From positions 46,254,001 to 46,318,000 of the forward strand of contig NC_086108.1 in NCBI RefSeq assembly GCF_963921235.1: a stretch of 64,000 bases of DNA, in the 5' to 3' direction. Shown piece by piece: positions 38,841 to 51,328 of the stretch. Origin of the DNA: Mobula hypostoma (taxonomy: Eukaryota). Position 1 is the first letter of the stretch. Each line of letters begins with the position of its first letter. The translations under genes were made by a program, and so were the position numbers. The notes beneath the pieces are model-generated. The model saw nothing but the letters and a program-made list of their open reading frames with translations. It was not told where the DNA came from and ran no database searches.

Positions 38841-38842
38841 CA

Positions 38843-41800
38843 GCGCAGAGAGTTTAAAAAGGAGACCACCCTATACAGCAGGCAGCTGTCAGAGCGGGCA
38901 GCGGAGTGAGTGGTAGCAGAGTGTAGGGCTTTGGCTTCAACGGGCTTCGGCGGTAAACGGGAAGAGGCAAGAGCGAAGCACCAACTCTTCCCCCCCCCCC
39001 TTAGCGAATTGGCCTGAACAGATAGGAACAGCAGGGCTCTCACAGCTAACGGTACGAGCTAACGGTTTAAAAAGTTTGTGTGTTTGGCAAGGTAAGTGGG
39101 TGAGTAGACTTATTTTTCCTGTTTCATTCCTGTAGAATTAGATAGCATGCCTGCAGGGTTAGTGCTTTGTTCAAGGTGTCAGATGTGGGAATCCTGGGAG
39201 ACCTCCAGCCTCCCTGATGGCCACATCTGTGCCAGGTGCACGAGATGCAGCTCCTCAGAGACCGTGTTAGGGATCTGGAGCTGCAGCTTGATGACCTACT
39301 GCTTATCAGGGAAAGTGAAGAGGTGATAGACAGGAGCTACAGGGAGGTAGTCATCCCTAGGCTACAGGGGTCAGAAAACTGGGTGACTGTCAGGAGAGGG
39401 AAGGAAAATGCCCGGATGGTGCAGAGCACACCTGTGGCTGTCCCCCTCAGCAACAAATATCTTGTTCTAGATGCTGTTGAGGGGGATGACCTGACAGGGG
39501 ATGCCCATGGTGACCGGGTCTCTGGCACTGAGCCTGGCGCTGTTGTGCAAGAGGGAAGGAGGGAGAAGAGGAATGCGGTAGTCATAGGGGCTTCCAGAGT
39601 CAGGGGAACAGACAGGAGATTCTGTGAGCCTGATAGAGATACCCACATGGTGTGTTGCCTCCCAGGTGCCAGGGTACGGGATGTCTCAGATCGGGTTCAG
39701 AATATTCTGAAGGGAGAGGGCGAGCAGCCAGTTGTCTTGGTACATGTTGGTACCAATGACATAGATAGGACAAGAAAGGAGGTCCTGAAGAGAGATTTCT
39801 GGGAGTTAGGAAGGAAGCTGAGAAGCAGGACCTCCAGGGTGGTAATCTCGGGATTGCTACCTGTGCTACGTGCTAGCGAGGGCAAGAATAGTAGGATCAG
39901 GCAGATGAATGCGTGGCTGAGAGACTGGTGCAGGGGGCAAGGCTTCAGATTCTTGGATCATTGGGATCTCTTCTGGGGGAAGTATGACCTGTTCAAAATG
40001 GACAGGTTACACATGAACCTGAAGGGTCCAATATCCTGGTGGGAAGGTTTAATAGAGCTGTTAGGGAGGGTTTAAACTAATTTGGCAGAGGGATGGGAAC
40101 CGGAATGATAGAGCGGAGGAAGGGGAAAACAGAAATAAGTCTAAGATAGTGAGCAGTAAAGATGTCAGGAAAGACAGGCAGGTGATGGGGCAAATTTGTA
40201 GACATTGGGATGAGTTGCAGTGCAATAAAGTTGCAGTGAAATCAAAGCGAAAAGTACCAAATACTGGTCTTAAGGTGTTGTACTTAAATGCATGCAGCAT
40301 AAGGAATAAGGTGGACGATCTTGTCGTACAGCTACATGATTGGCAGGTATGATATTGTGGCCATCACTGAGACCTGGCTAAAGGATGCATGTCTCTGGGA
40401 ACTGAACATCCAAGGATACATGGTGTATCGGAAGGATAGGAAGGTAGGCAGAGGGGGAGGCATGGCTTTATTGGTAAGAAATGATATTAAATCATTAGAA
40501 AGAGGTGATATAGGATCGGAAGGTGCAGAATCTTTATGGGTTGAGCTAAGAAATTGCAGGGGTAAAAGGACCCTGATGGCAGTTATTTATAGGCCTCCAA
40601 ACAGCTGCAGTGATGTGGACTACAAATTACAACAGGAAATAGAAAAGGCTTGTCAGAAGGGCAGTGTTATGATAATTGTGGGGGATTTTAACATGCGAGT
40701 GGATTGGGAAAATCAGGTCGGCACTGGATCTCAAGAGAGAATATTTGTAGAATGTCTGCAAGATGGCTTTTTAGAACAGCTTGTTGTTGAGCCCACTAGG
40801 GGATCGGCTGTACTGGATTAGGTATTGTGTAATGAACCGGAGGTGATTAGAGAGATTGAGGTGAAGGAACCCTTAGGAGGCAGTGATCATAACATGATTG
40901 AGTTCACTGTGAAATTTGAAAAAGAGAAGCCGAAATCTGATGTGTTGGTATTTCAGTGGAGTAAAGGAAATTATAGTGGCATTAGAGAGGAACTGGCCAA
41001 AGTTGACTGGAAAGGGACACTGGCGGGAAGGACGGCAGAGCAGCAGTGGCTGGAGTTTATGTGAGAAATGAGGAAGGTGCAAGACGGTATATTCCAAAAA
41101 AGAAGAAATTTTCGAATGGAAAAAGGATGCAACCGTGGCTGGCAAGAGAAGTCAAAGCCAAAGTTAAAGCAAAGGAGAGGGCATACAAGGAAGCAAAAAT
41201 TAGTGGGAAGACAGAGGATTGGGAATTTTTTAAAAGCTTAAAAAAGGAAACTAAGAAGGTAATTAAGAGGGAAAAGATTAACTATGAAAGGAAGCTAGCA
41301 AATAATATCAAAGAGGATACTAAAAGCTTTTTCAAGTATATAAAGAATAAAAGACAAGCGAAAGTAGATATAGGACCGATGGAAAATGATGCTGGAGAAA
41401 TTGTAATGGGAAATAAGGAGATGGCAGAAGAACTGAACGAGTATTTTGCATCAGTATCACTGAGGAAGACATCAGCAGTATACTGGACACTCAAGGGTGG
41501 CAGGGAAGAGAAGTGTGCGCAGTCACAATTACGACAGAGAAAGTACTCAGGAAGCTGAATAGTCTAAAGGTAGATAAATCTCCCGGACCAGATGGAATGC
41601 ACCCTCATGTTCTGAAGGAAGTAGCTGTGGAGATTGCGGAAGCATTAGTGATGATCTTTCAAAAGTCGATAGATTCTGGCATGGTTCCGGAGGACTGGAA
41701 GATTGCAAATGTCACTCCGCTGTTTAAGAAGGAGGCAAGGAAGCAAAAAGGAAATTATAGACCTGTTAGCTTGACATCGGTGGTTGGGAAGTTGTTGGAG

Positions 41801-43152
41801 TCGATTGTCAAGGATGAGGTTACAGAGTACCTGGAGGCATATGACAAGATAGGCAGAACTCTGCATGGATTCCTTAAAGGAAAATCCTGCCTGACAAACC
41901 TATTACAATTTTTTGAGGAAATTACAAGTAGGCTAGACAAGGGAGGTGCAGTGGATGTTGTATATTTGGATTTTCAGAAGGTCTTTGACAAGGTGCCACA
42001 CATGAGGCTACTTATCAAGATAAGAGCCCATGGAATTACGGCAAGTTACATACGTGGATAGAGCGTTGGCTGATTGGCAGGAAACAGAGAGTGGGAATAA
42101 AGGGATCCTGTTCTGGTTGGCTGCCGGTTCCCAGTGGTGTTCCACGGTGGTCCGTGTTGGGGCTGCTTCTTTTTACATCGTACATCAACGATTTGGATTA
42201 TGGAATAGATGGCTTTGTGGCTAAGTTTGCTGACGATACGAAGATAGGTGGAGGGGCTGGTAGTGCTGAGGAAACAGAGAGTCTGCAGAGAGACTTGGAT
42301 AGATTGGAAGAATGGGCAAAGAAGTGGCAAATGAATTACAATGTTGAAAAGTGTATGGTTCTGCACTTTGGCAGAAGAAATAAATGGGCAGACTATTATT
42401 TAAATAGGGAGAGAATTCAAAGTTCCGAGATACAACGGGACTTGGGAGTCCTCGTACAGGATACCTTTAAGGTTAACTTCCAGGTTGAGTCGGTTGTGAA
42501 GAAGGCGAATGCAATGTTGGCATTCATTTCTAGAGGAAGAGAGTATAGGAGCAGGGACGTGATTTTGAGGCTCTACAAGGCGCTGGTGAGACCTCACTTG
42601 GAGTACTGTGGACAGTTTTGCTCTCCTTATTTAAGAAAGGATGTGCTGACGTTGGAGAGGGTACAGAGAAGATTCACTAGAATGATTCCGGGAATGAGAG
42701 GGTTAACATATGAGCAACATTTGTCCGCTCTTGGACTGTATTCCTTGGAGTTTAGAAGAATGAGGGGAGATCTCATAGAAACATTTCGAATGTTGAAAGG
42801 CATGGACAGAGTGGATGTGGCAAAGTTGTTTCCCATGATGGAGGAGTCTAGTACGAGAGGGCATGACCTAAGGATTGAAGGGCGCCCATTCAGAACAGAA
42901 ATGCGAAGAAATTTTTTTAGTCAGAGGCTGGTGGATCTATGAAATTTGTTGCCACGGGCGGCAGTGGAGGCCAAGTCATTGGGTGTATTTAAGGCAGAGA
43001 TTGATAGGTATCTGAGTAGCCAGGGCATCAAAGGTTATGGTGAGAAGATGGGAGAGTGGAACTAAATGGGAGAATGGATCAGCTCATGATAAAATGGCGG
43101 AGCAGACTCGATGGGCCAAGTGACCGACTTCTGCTCCTTTGTCTTATTGTCT
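38843..43152 (+). mobile_element. Near full-length CR1 LINE (ORF1 zinc-finger/leucine-zipper plus SGNH esterase; ORF2 APE-RT), inactivated
   Basis: ORF1 from ~39147 (CSRCQMW...HICARC, LQLDDL, VVIGAS, HVGTND, FLDHWD); ORF2 pieces 40149-43060 with few stops and frameshifts; TTGTCTTA-type tail. Confidence 0.95.
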
Positions 43153-43779
43153 AATTAAACTGAATTCAATTCAATTCTTGTCATAGTTTCTAATATATGC
43201 AAATAAGCGACTTACATTGCACATAAAATTATCTATTTTAGGCTAGAAACTTAGCTAAGCAATAACAAGTTCCTTTACATTAGAAATGGCAGGTAAAAAG
43301 CCTTCATTCACATCAAACCCAAGAGATTTCTGTTCGATTGCAGTGGTGAAATTTGAAAGCAACAGAGCTTGTGAGAGGATTTTGGATTGCTGATAGTAGT
43401 TGAATTTTTATGTTTGGTTTTACATGCTCAAAATGTTACTACTGCCGAGATGAGGACAAAGAGCAACACTTGTGCTTTCATTATTACCACCGACCTATTA
43501 CAAATTATAAAATTAATTGTATACCATGAAAATCAAATTATATCTACCAGCATAAATTATTGGAAAAGTGATCCTGATTATTCTTAGAAAAAAAAGGTAA
43601 TTATAGTGCAGTTCTAAAGCAGAGAGAAGACCTATGTATCTGCCAATTACTAAATAATTGACAATGATGATAATATTTAAATGAACTGACATCACTTTTT
43701 CTCACTCATCAACAACAAATCATGGTGTGATTTGAAACACTTGATTAACAATATCAAGAAACGATGAATATAAATTTGA

Positions 43780-43965
43780 AGCAACAATCTATTAGAGGAA
43801 GTTAGCGGGTCAAGCAACATCTGTGCAGGGAATGAATTTGCCAATGTTTTGGGTTGAGACCTTGTGTCAGGACAAATAAGTCCTTCCTCCACACAGATAC
43901 TGCTCGATTCACTGAGCTCTTCCAGCAGATTGGTTGTTGTTCCAGACTACAGTATCAGTATCTGC
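43780..43965. mobile_element. Short fold-back Penelope-derived remnant (paralog of 28835-29010)
   Basis: caatctattagaggaagttagcgggtcaagcaacatctgtg and its inverse cacagatactgctcgattcactgagctcttccagcagattg. Confidence 0.6.
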
Positions 43966-44123
43966 AGACTGCTGTGTCTCAAATACAAATGTGTCTTCTG
44001 TGCTTTACATACTATTCTTGAAACCACATATGCAAAATTAATATTTTTCTGTACTCCAGTATGACCCAGAACTTCAACTGGAAATAGACAGAATTATGTA
44101 AATGCATACTAAACAAAGACCAC

Positions 44124-44309
44124 CTTCGCAAGTTGGGGTGGGTGACGACCACCTTCCAGAGCTGTTACACTGCAGATTGTCTAACCCGTTCAACGAGAAC
44201 CCTTCTGCACAGCTGTAGACACAGACTGAGCGGAAAGTGAAGTTGCCACCTACATGGGAACAGTTCTGATAACCATTTGCAGGAAGCTTTGGAACATCAC
44301 ACTTCACAG
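44124..44309 (-). CDS. Selectin sushi/SCR exon 4
   Basis: 186 bp, phase 1-1; AVKCDVPKLPANGYQNCSHVGGNFTFRSVCVYSCAEGFSLNGLDNLQCNSSGRWSSPTPTCE; donor GTGGTC. Confidence 0.88.
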
Positions 44310-44982
44310 CTGAAACAGAAAGTGAAGAATTGAGTGGTAAGTGCACTTATGCAAAATGTGTTACATTAAAAATTCTCAAAGCACCTTATCCAGTGTAGTG
44401 ACACACATTATGTGGGGAAACCTGCATTATATTGTACTTGCACATCTCATAAACAATAGAATAATTGGTGGACTTTGCATTTTATTCCACCGGGTATTTC
44501 AGCATCTGCTCTGCGTGGGCGGTTGCAAGGCAAAGCACTTCACTCATAGTGCTCTTGACATTAGACCTGACCTTCGTGACTGCACTGGAGAATCACTCGG
44601 TTCCATGCATACAGTCACGCTATAGTGTCAGTGTATTGTGATCATACTCAAGACATCCATTGAAAAGTGGTATCACTCATCAAAACATAAACACTGCTCT
44701 GCATAAAGCTGGGTTTCCATACAATATTTTATCAAAGACGTGATTTTCTTGAGTTTTGTTAATAAGAAGAACACTTTAATTTTGAGAGTTCACTGCTGTC
44801 AGAGGTCTTTGTAGAGCTTTGTATTCTTTTCTGATACTTAAAAGGCATTTTAAAAAAGTCCAACTAAACAATTAAAAGTAGAAATTAAGAAGGAGCGTAT
44901 TAATATCAAAGTCAAGATTGAGCTTACTGTCATGGGAAGGGACAGAATTGTGCAAAAACATATTAAACAAAGAATACAGTAC

Positions 44983-45168
44983 CTTCGCAAGTGGGGATGG
45001 GTGATGACCACTTTCCAGAGCTGTTACACTGCAGACTCTCTGACCCGATCAACGAGAACCCTTCTGCACAGCTATAAACACAGACTGAGCGGAAAGTGAA
45101 GTCTCCACCTGGATGGGAACAGTTCTGATATCCATTCGCTGGAAGCTTTGGAACATCACACCTCACCG
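44983..45168 (-). CDS. Selectin sushi/SCR exon 3
   Basis: 186 bp, phase 1-1; VRCDVPKLPANGYQNCSHPGGDFTFRSVCVYSCAEGFSLIGSESLQCNSSGKWSSPIPTCE. Confidence 0.9.
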
Positions 45169-46242
45169 CTGAAACGGAAAGTTAAGAATTGAATAATAAG
45201 TGCACTTATGCAGAATGTGCCAAATTTGAAATTCTCAAGGCATCTTATCCAGTGTAGTGACACACAGTATGTGGGGAAACCTGCATTATATTGTACTTGT
45301 ACATCTCACAAACAGGAAGGTAACTGGAGAACGCTCCATACTTCACATCATTGAATATTTTAACATCTCCTCCGATATGAACAATCAGCCGTTCTTTGTT
45401 AACTCCAGCTACCACCTCCCAGCCTCTGATGCTATTTTCATTCTTCCCTTCTCCATCTGCCTGTCATCCCTCTTGTCTGCACCCTCCTATTGCTTATCAG
45501 CTCTTGCTTCGCCTGTCCCCCCCTCTTCATTTTGGCTATCTCCCCTCTTTCTCTCGATCCAGAGTAAGGGTCTCGACCCTAAATATTACCAATCCACTTC
45601 CCTCCGGAGGAGCTGTCTGACCAGCTGAGTTCACACAGAGGCTTTGCTTTTTGCTGCATGACCTTACATCTACAATCTCTGGTGTCACTGGTGGAGGAAG
45701 ATGTTACCAGGGAAATCAAACTTTTATAGCATTGGAAAGACTTCCTAAATGCAATAAGATAAAATCTAACCTGAAAAGCATCCTTTCATTTATATGAGTG
45801 TGTCAATTCAAATACGAATGCACTGTCTATACTGGTATGGGCATGTGATGAGTCAAACCTGGGAAAATGTTGAGTGGTTGCACACAAAATGCATTTGGTC
45901 TCACCCACCGTGAACTCAGTGCTGAATGTAGAGGAAGAGAGGGAGGTGAGATGAGCTGACACCTAACCCTACAGAGGTTTAAGTGCAGGCATCAGCAATG
46001 TGCTAGCTTTTGCACTATAGCTAGCTGGCAACTCTCCATCAAACCTCTTGAATTTTGAGAGCTCGCGCCTGTCAAAGGTCTTTGGAAGGCTTTGTTTTTG
46101 TTTCCTGATACTTAAAAAAGTCCAACTAGGCTTAATTAAAAGTAGAAATGAAGTAGAACTGTACTAATATCACAGTCAAAGTTGAGTTTTACTGTCATGG
46201 AAAGGGACAAAATTGTGGAAATGCAGATTAATCAAAGATCAC

Positions 46243-46428
46243 CTTCACACGTTGGTACAGGGGATGACCACTTTCCAGAGCTTTCACATTGCTGTCTCTC
46301 CGACCCGACCAAGGAAAACCCTTCTGCACAGCTATAAACACAGACTGAGCGGAAAGTGAAGTCTCCACCTGGATGGGAACAGTTCTGATATCCATTCGCT
46401 GGAAGCTTTGGAACATCACAGCTCACCG
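46243..46428 (-). CDS. Selectin sushi/SCR exon 2
   Basis: 186 bp, phase 1-1; VSCDVPKLPANGYQNC...SERQQCESSGKWSSPVPTCE. Confidence 0.9.
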
Positions 46429-46989
46429 CTGAAACGGAACATGGATGTTTGAGTAATAAATGCGCTTAATATATTCTCAAAGCACTTCACCAGTGCAGTG
46501 ACACCTATTACATGGGGCCAGGCATCAGCACATTGCACTTGCAGATGTCACAAACAGGAGGGTAAACTGGAGCTCACTCCACACTTCACTGTATTGACTG
46601 TTTTAGCATCTGTTTTATGTGAATGGTCAAGCTGTCGTCAGCCATTCTTTGTTAACTCGGGCTACCACCTCCCAGCCTCTGATGCTATTTTCATTCTTCC
46701 CTTCTCCATCTGCCTGTCACCCTCCTTGTCTGCATCCTCCTGTCACTTATTAGCTCTTGCTCCACCCGTCCCCTACCTCTTTGATCTGGCTATCTCCCCA
46801 CTTTCTCTCGATCCAGAGTACAGGACTTGACCCTAAATGTTACCCATCTCCTTTGAGGTACCTTCTGACCAGCTGAGTTCACACAGAGGCCAGCTTTTTG
46901 CTGCATAAACTAGCATCTACAATCTCTGGTGTCTCTGTGAGTGTTGTAGTATAGAGAGACCAAGGGGTACGAGTACATAGTTCCCTGTC

Positions 46990-48010
46990 CGTCATGGTCC
47001 GGATTGTGGTCCGCATTCTGGTTCACGGTCCGGTCCGTGGACTCAGGACTTCGGGTCTTCCAGCTGTCCCTCATTTGGTTGACTTAATCATAGGCACCTG
47101 ATTCCCATCTTGGGGCTTGAAGATAAGTGGCCTTGGGGTTGAGTGTGGGCTGCTGGTTTGTCTTGTCAGTCCCCCTTGGAACAACCTGCTGATGAAAGGC
47201 TGGTGAAACCATTTGTGATCTCTAGGCCTGGTTGGAGGACCACTGCTTCATGAAGCCTGTTTGCCACTCGTCAGAGCAGTCATCGTGGTATGGATTCGGC
47301 CGTTTCTGTAGCCAGCCAAAATTGCTGGCTGCCCCAAGACTCAGAGCCACCCCGGATTGAGCTCCTTTCCTGTCCTTGCCTCCACTGGGTAAGCCAGGCT
47401 GTAATTGCCATTACCCTGTGGTTGGTTCTGTCCCTTCCTGTCCCTTGCCTCCGACGGGTAAGCCAGGCCGATTGCCGTTACCCTGCGGTTGGTTCTGTCC
47501 CTTCCTGTCTCTTGCCTCCGTAGGGTAAGCAGGCCATTTGCCGTTACCCTGTGGTTGGGTCCGTCCCTCCCTGTCCATTGCCTCTGTGGGGTGAAGTTCT
47601 GTGTCCTGCCCAGGAGATGCTTCAAGAACATAAACCTTGAAGATCCCAGGCCAAGCTCCAAGAACACAAGCCTCAAGAGCAAAGACCACAGCCTGTCTCG
47701 AAGCTCAGGCCTCTACACCCCAGCCACATCCTGTCCTGAAGCCATGTCATGTCCTTGCCTGGTTCTGAGTCTGAGCCTGAGGCAAGACCCAGGTTCCGGG
47801 TCCTTGTCCAGTCTCGGGCTCAGAGTCGAAGCCTTGTCTCCTAGTCCATGGTTTCTAGTCCTGATCCTGCTTTCCCTAGCTCAAGTCTGCATTCTTGTCC
47901 CTGCTCCTTGCCTGTATCCTGTCACGACCCTACTCTAGTCAAGTCCTGTTCCTTGTACTTCAGAGTCTGTGTCTCGCATTTGGGTCTGTTCCCAGCACCC
48001 CATTGTGACA
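46990..48010 (+). mobile_element. Solo LTR (1021 bp), present in only one copy of the sushi tandem unit
   Basis: (C)GTCAT...GTGACA termini; 5-bp TSD CTGTC (46985-89 / 48011-15); internal ~66-bp repeats; related to 19205-20330 in the opposite orientation. Confidence 0.85.
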
Positions 48011-48922
48011 CTGTCAGTGGTGAAGAAAGCATATGGTGTGCTTGCTTTCATTGGGCAGCGTATTGAGTACAAGAGGCGGGATGTCATGTTACACCTGAAT
48101 AAGATGTTGATGAGGCCACACCTGGAATGTTGTGTGCAGTTCTGGCCACCATCTGGGAAGGATGTGATTCCACTAGAGAGACTGAGAGAAAATTCACATG
48201 AATGTTGCTGGGAGTGGAGTGCTTGAGTTTTAAGCAGAAAGTGAAGTAGGCTGAGGAGTGAACATAGAAATTTATAAAGTTATGAAGGACATAAAGAGGG
48301 TGAATTATCACAACCTTTCTACCAGGGCAGTCAAGTCTAAAACTAGAGGTATTGGTTTGAAGTGAGAGGAGAAAGATGTTACTCGGGAAATAAAACTTTT
48401 ATAGCATTGGAAAGACTTCCTACATTCAATAAGGTAAAATCTAACCTGAAAAGCATCCTTTCATTTATATGAGTGTGTCAATTCAAATACGAATGCACTG
48501 TCTATACTGGTATGGGCATGTGATGAGTCAAACCTGGGAAAATGTTGAGTGGTTGCACACAAAATGCATTTGGTCTCACCCACTGTGAACTCAGTGCTGA
48601 ATGCAGAGGAAGAGAGGGAGGTGAGATGAGCTGGCACCTAACCCTACAGAGGTTTAAGTGCAGGCATCAGCAATGTGCTAGCTTTTGTACTATACTATAG
48701 CTAGCTGGCAACTCTCCATCGAACCTCTTGAATTTTCAGAGTTCGCACCTGTCAAAGGTCTTTGGAAGGCTTTGTTTTTGTTTCCTGATACTTAAAAAAG
48801 TCCAACTAGGCTTAATTAAAAGTAGAAATGAAGTAGAACTGTACTAATATCACAGTCAAAGTTGAGTTTTACTGTCATGGAAAGGGACAAAATTGTGGAA
48901 ATGCAGATTAATCAAAGATCAC

Positions 48923-49108
48923 CTTCACACGTTGGTACAGGGGATGACCACTTTCCAGAGCTTTCACATTGCTGTCTCTCCGACCCGACCAAGGAAAACC
49001 CTTCTGCACAGCTATAAACACAGACTGAGCGGAAAGTGAAGTCTCCACCTGGATGGGAACAGTTCTGATATCCTTTCGCTGGAAGCTTTGGAACATCACA
49101 CCTCACCG
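48923..49108 (-). CDS. Selectin sushi/SCR exon 1
   Basis: 186 bp, phase 1-1; VRCDVPKLPAKGYQNC...SERQQCESSGKWSSPVPTCE. Confidence 0.9.
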
Positions 49109-51100
49109 CTGAAACGGAACATGGATGTTTGAGTAATAAATGCGCTTAAGATATTCTCAAAGCACTTCACCAGTGCAGTGACACCTATTACATGGGGCCA
49201 GGCATCAGCACATTGCACTTGCAGATGTCACAAACAGGAGGGTAAACTGGAGCTCACTCCACACTTCACTGTATTGACTGTTTTAGCATCTGTTTTATGT
49301 GAACGGTCAAGCTGTCGTCAGCCATTCTTTGTTAACTCGGGCTACCACCTCCCAGCCTCTGATGCTATTTTCATTCTTCCCTTCTCCATCTGCCTGTCAC
49401 CCTCCTTGTCTGCATCCTCCTGTCACTTATTAGCTCTTGCTCCACCCGTCCCCTACCTCTTTGATCTGGCTATCTCCCCACTTTCTCTCGATCCAGAGTA
49501 CAGGACTTGACCCTAAATGTTACCCATCTCCTTTGAGGTACCTTCTGACCAGCTGAGTTCACACAGAGGCCAGCTTTTTGCTGCATAAACTAGTATCTAC
49601 ATTCTGTGGTGTCTCTGTGACTGTCGTAATACAGGCAGACCAAGGGGTACGAGTACATAGTTACACAGTGGTGAAGAAAGCACATGGTGTGCTTGCTTTC
49701 ATTGGGCAGCGTATTGAGTACAAGAGGCGGGATGTCATGTTACACCTGAATAAGATGTTGGTGAGGCCACACCTGGAATGTTGTGTGCAGTTCTGGCCAC
49801 CATCTGGGAAGGATGTGATTCCACTAGAGAGACTGAGAGAAGATTCACATGAATGTTGCTGGGAGTGGAGTGCTTGAGTTTTAAGCAGAAAGTGAAGTAG
49901 GCTGAGGAGTGAACATAGAAATTTATAAAGTTATGAAGGACATAAAGAGGGTGAATTATCACAACCTTTCTACCTGGGCAGTCGTCTAAAACTAGAGGGT
50001 ATTGGTTTGAAGTGAGAGGAGAAAGATGTTACTCGGGAAATCAAACTTTCATAGCATTTTTTTTACACTCTTGCTAGCTAGCAACTATCCGTTGAACTAT
50101 TATATGAACCTTGGCGCATTCTGGATCATGAGTGTGGAATGAACTGCTAGGAGAAGAGGAATATGGAAACTCCTAAAAAGGAACTGTATGCCTACATATA
50201 TTCATGCCTCAGTACAAAGGAACATTATTCCACTGTGGACCTGCTGCTCTTTTCTTGCCAATGCACAGATTGTAGTCACTGACAATTTAAAAACACCTTA
50301 CTGCTGTGCTGTACTAATTGCTGTCTGGGTTCCAGCTCTCAATGACATTGTCTGCTAAGCCACAAGTCTATTGACAGTGTAAGTGCTGTTGATTTCTTTT
50401 GAAATGACTGAAAAAGAGGCGGTGCAGGGGAGCGAGCATTGCTCCCTGTTTACTGATGTTGATCTTAATGTCGTAGTGAGACATACAAGGCCTATAAGGT
50501 GCCAGGAAGTGGTTGAAGAATAAGTTCCTGGAGTGCTTTGCAATGCAGAAAGAAATGTTATTAACTTACAAGATGTGCCAAGGTTAGTGCTCTGATACAT
50601 AGAAGCAGAAGTCCAAAAGCTCAGTGAAAGGCTATCTTAAATGAAAATACAATCACATATATCCTTTATTGTCAATGTTCTAAGTTCTATGGTCATTTAT
50701 TTAGCCTAACAAATGACATGTGCAGATATAGTGTCCTGAGATGCTTGGGAAAGAAGGGGTTCTGCATAGGTTTTCATTGGCCGTATCTGAAGTGGAGATC
50801 ACTTGGTTAGTTACCAGAGACACCTTAGCCTTCCTTTCAGCGGCGATATGAGCTGCTCCAAAGGCAGAAGTGAACTCTCTGCCATTTGTTCATACAGTGG
50901 CATGTTGTGATACTCTGAGTCAAGGCTGATTTCTTGTACTTTATTCTTTCAGAGACATCAGAATCAAAGCAACCACATTCTGTGAGGCCTTCCCTTGGAG
51001 GGATTGAGTTGTAAACTTCCATGGAGATAAAAATAAACTGGAGTGAAAGAGATGAAGGGATTCTGATGACAAAGTAAACAGGAATAACTAGCATAGTGAG

Positions 51101-51328
51101 TGTGGTAAACCATATATATGTTGTAACTGGGTTAACTATCTGGACATGCCCCTCTGCTGACTGCCCCTGTGGCTCCTCCCACAGCTCCTGGAATAAAGGT
51201 GATTTCGCCTTGCCCCTCCCCCTCAGTCCGGGGGCAGACAGTCAGCATGGAAGTCGTATTTTACAGAGAATAAAAGCCTTTCAGTATTTACCCTACTTCA
51301 GTCTTTTGGAGTTATTGAAGGTGCTTCA
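51101..51328 (+). mobile_element. Short solo LTR (228 bp)
   Basis: TG...CA termini; 5-bp TSD GTGAG (51096-51100 / 51329-33); AATAAA near 51269. Confidence 0.75.

Larger units (their letters stand above)
45696..50057. repeat. Tandem segmental duplication of a ~1650-bp sushi-exon unit (two near-identical copies plus the start of a third)
   Basis: Unit starts (aagatgttac..gggaaat.aaacttt.atagcatt) at ~45697, 48371 and 50021; the first unit is ~1025 bp longer because of a solo LTR. Confidence 0.95.

Noticed and set aside
47290..47938. Overlapping ORFs with repeated peptides; repeat array vaguely like CRISPR
   Set aside because: Contiguous ~66-bp tandem repeats without unique spacers, inside a TSD-flanked solo LTR; eukaryotic context with no cas genes
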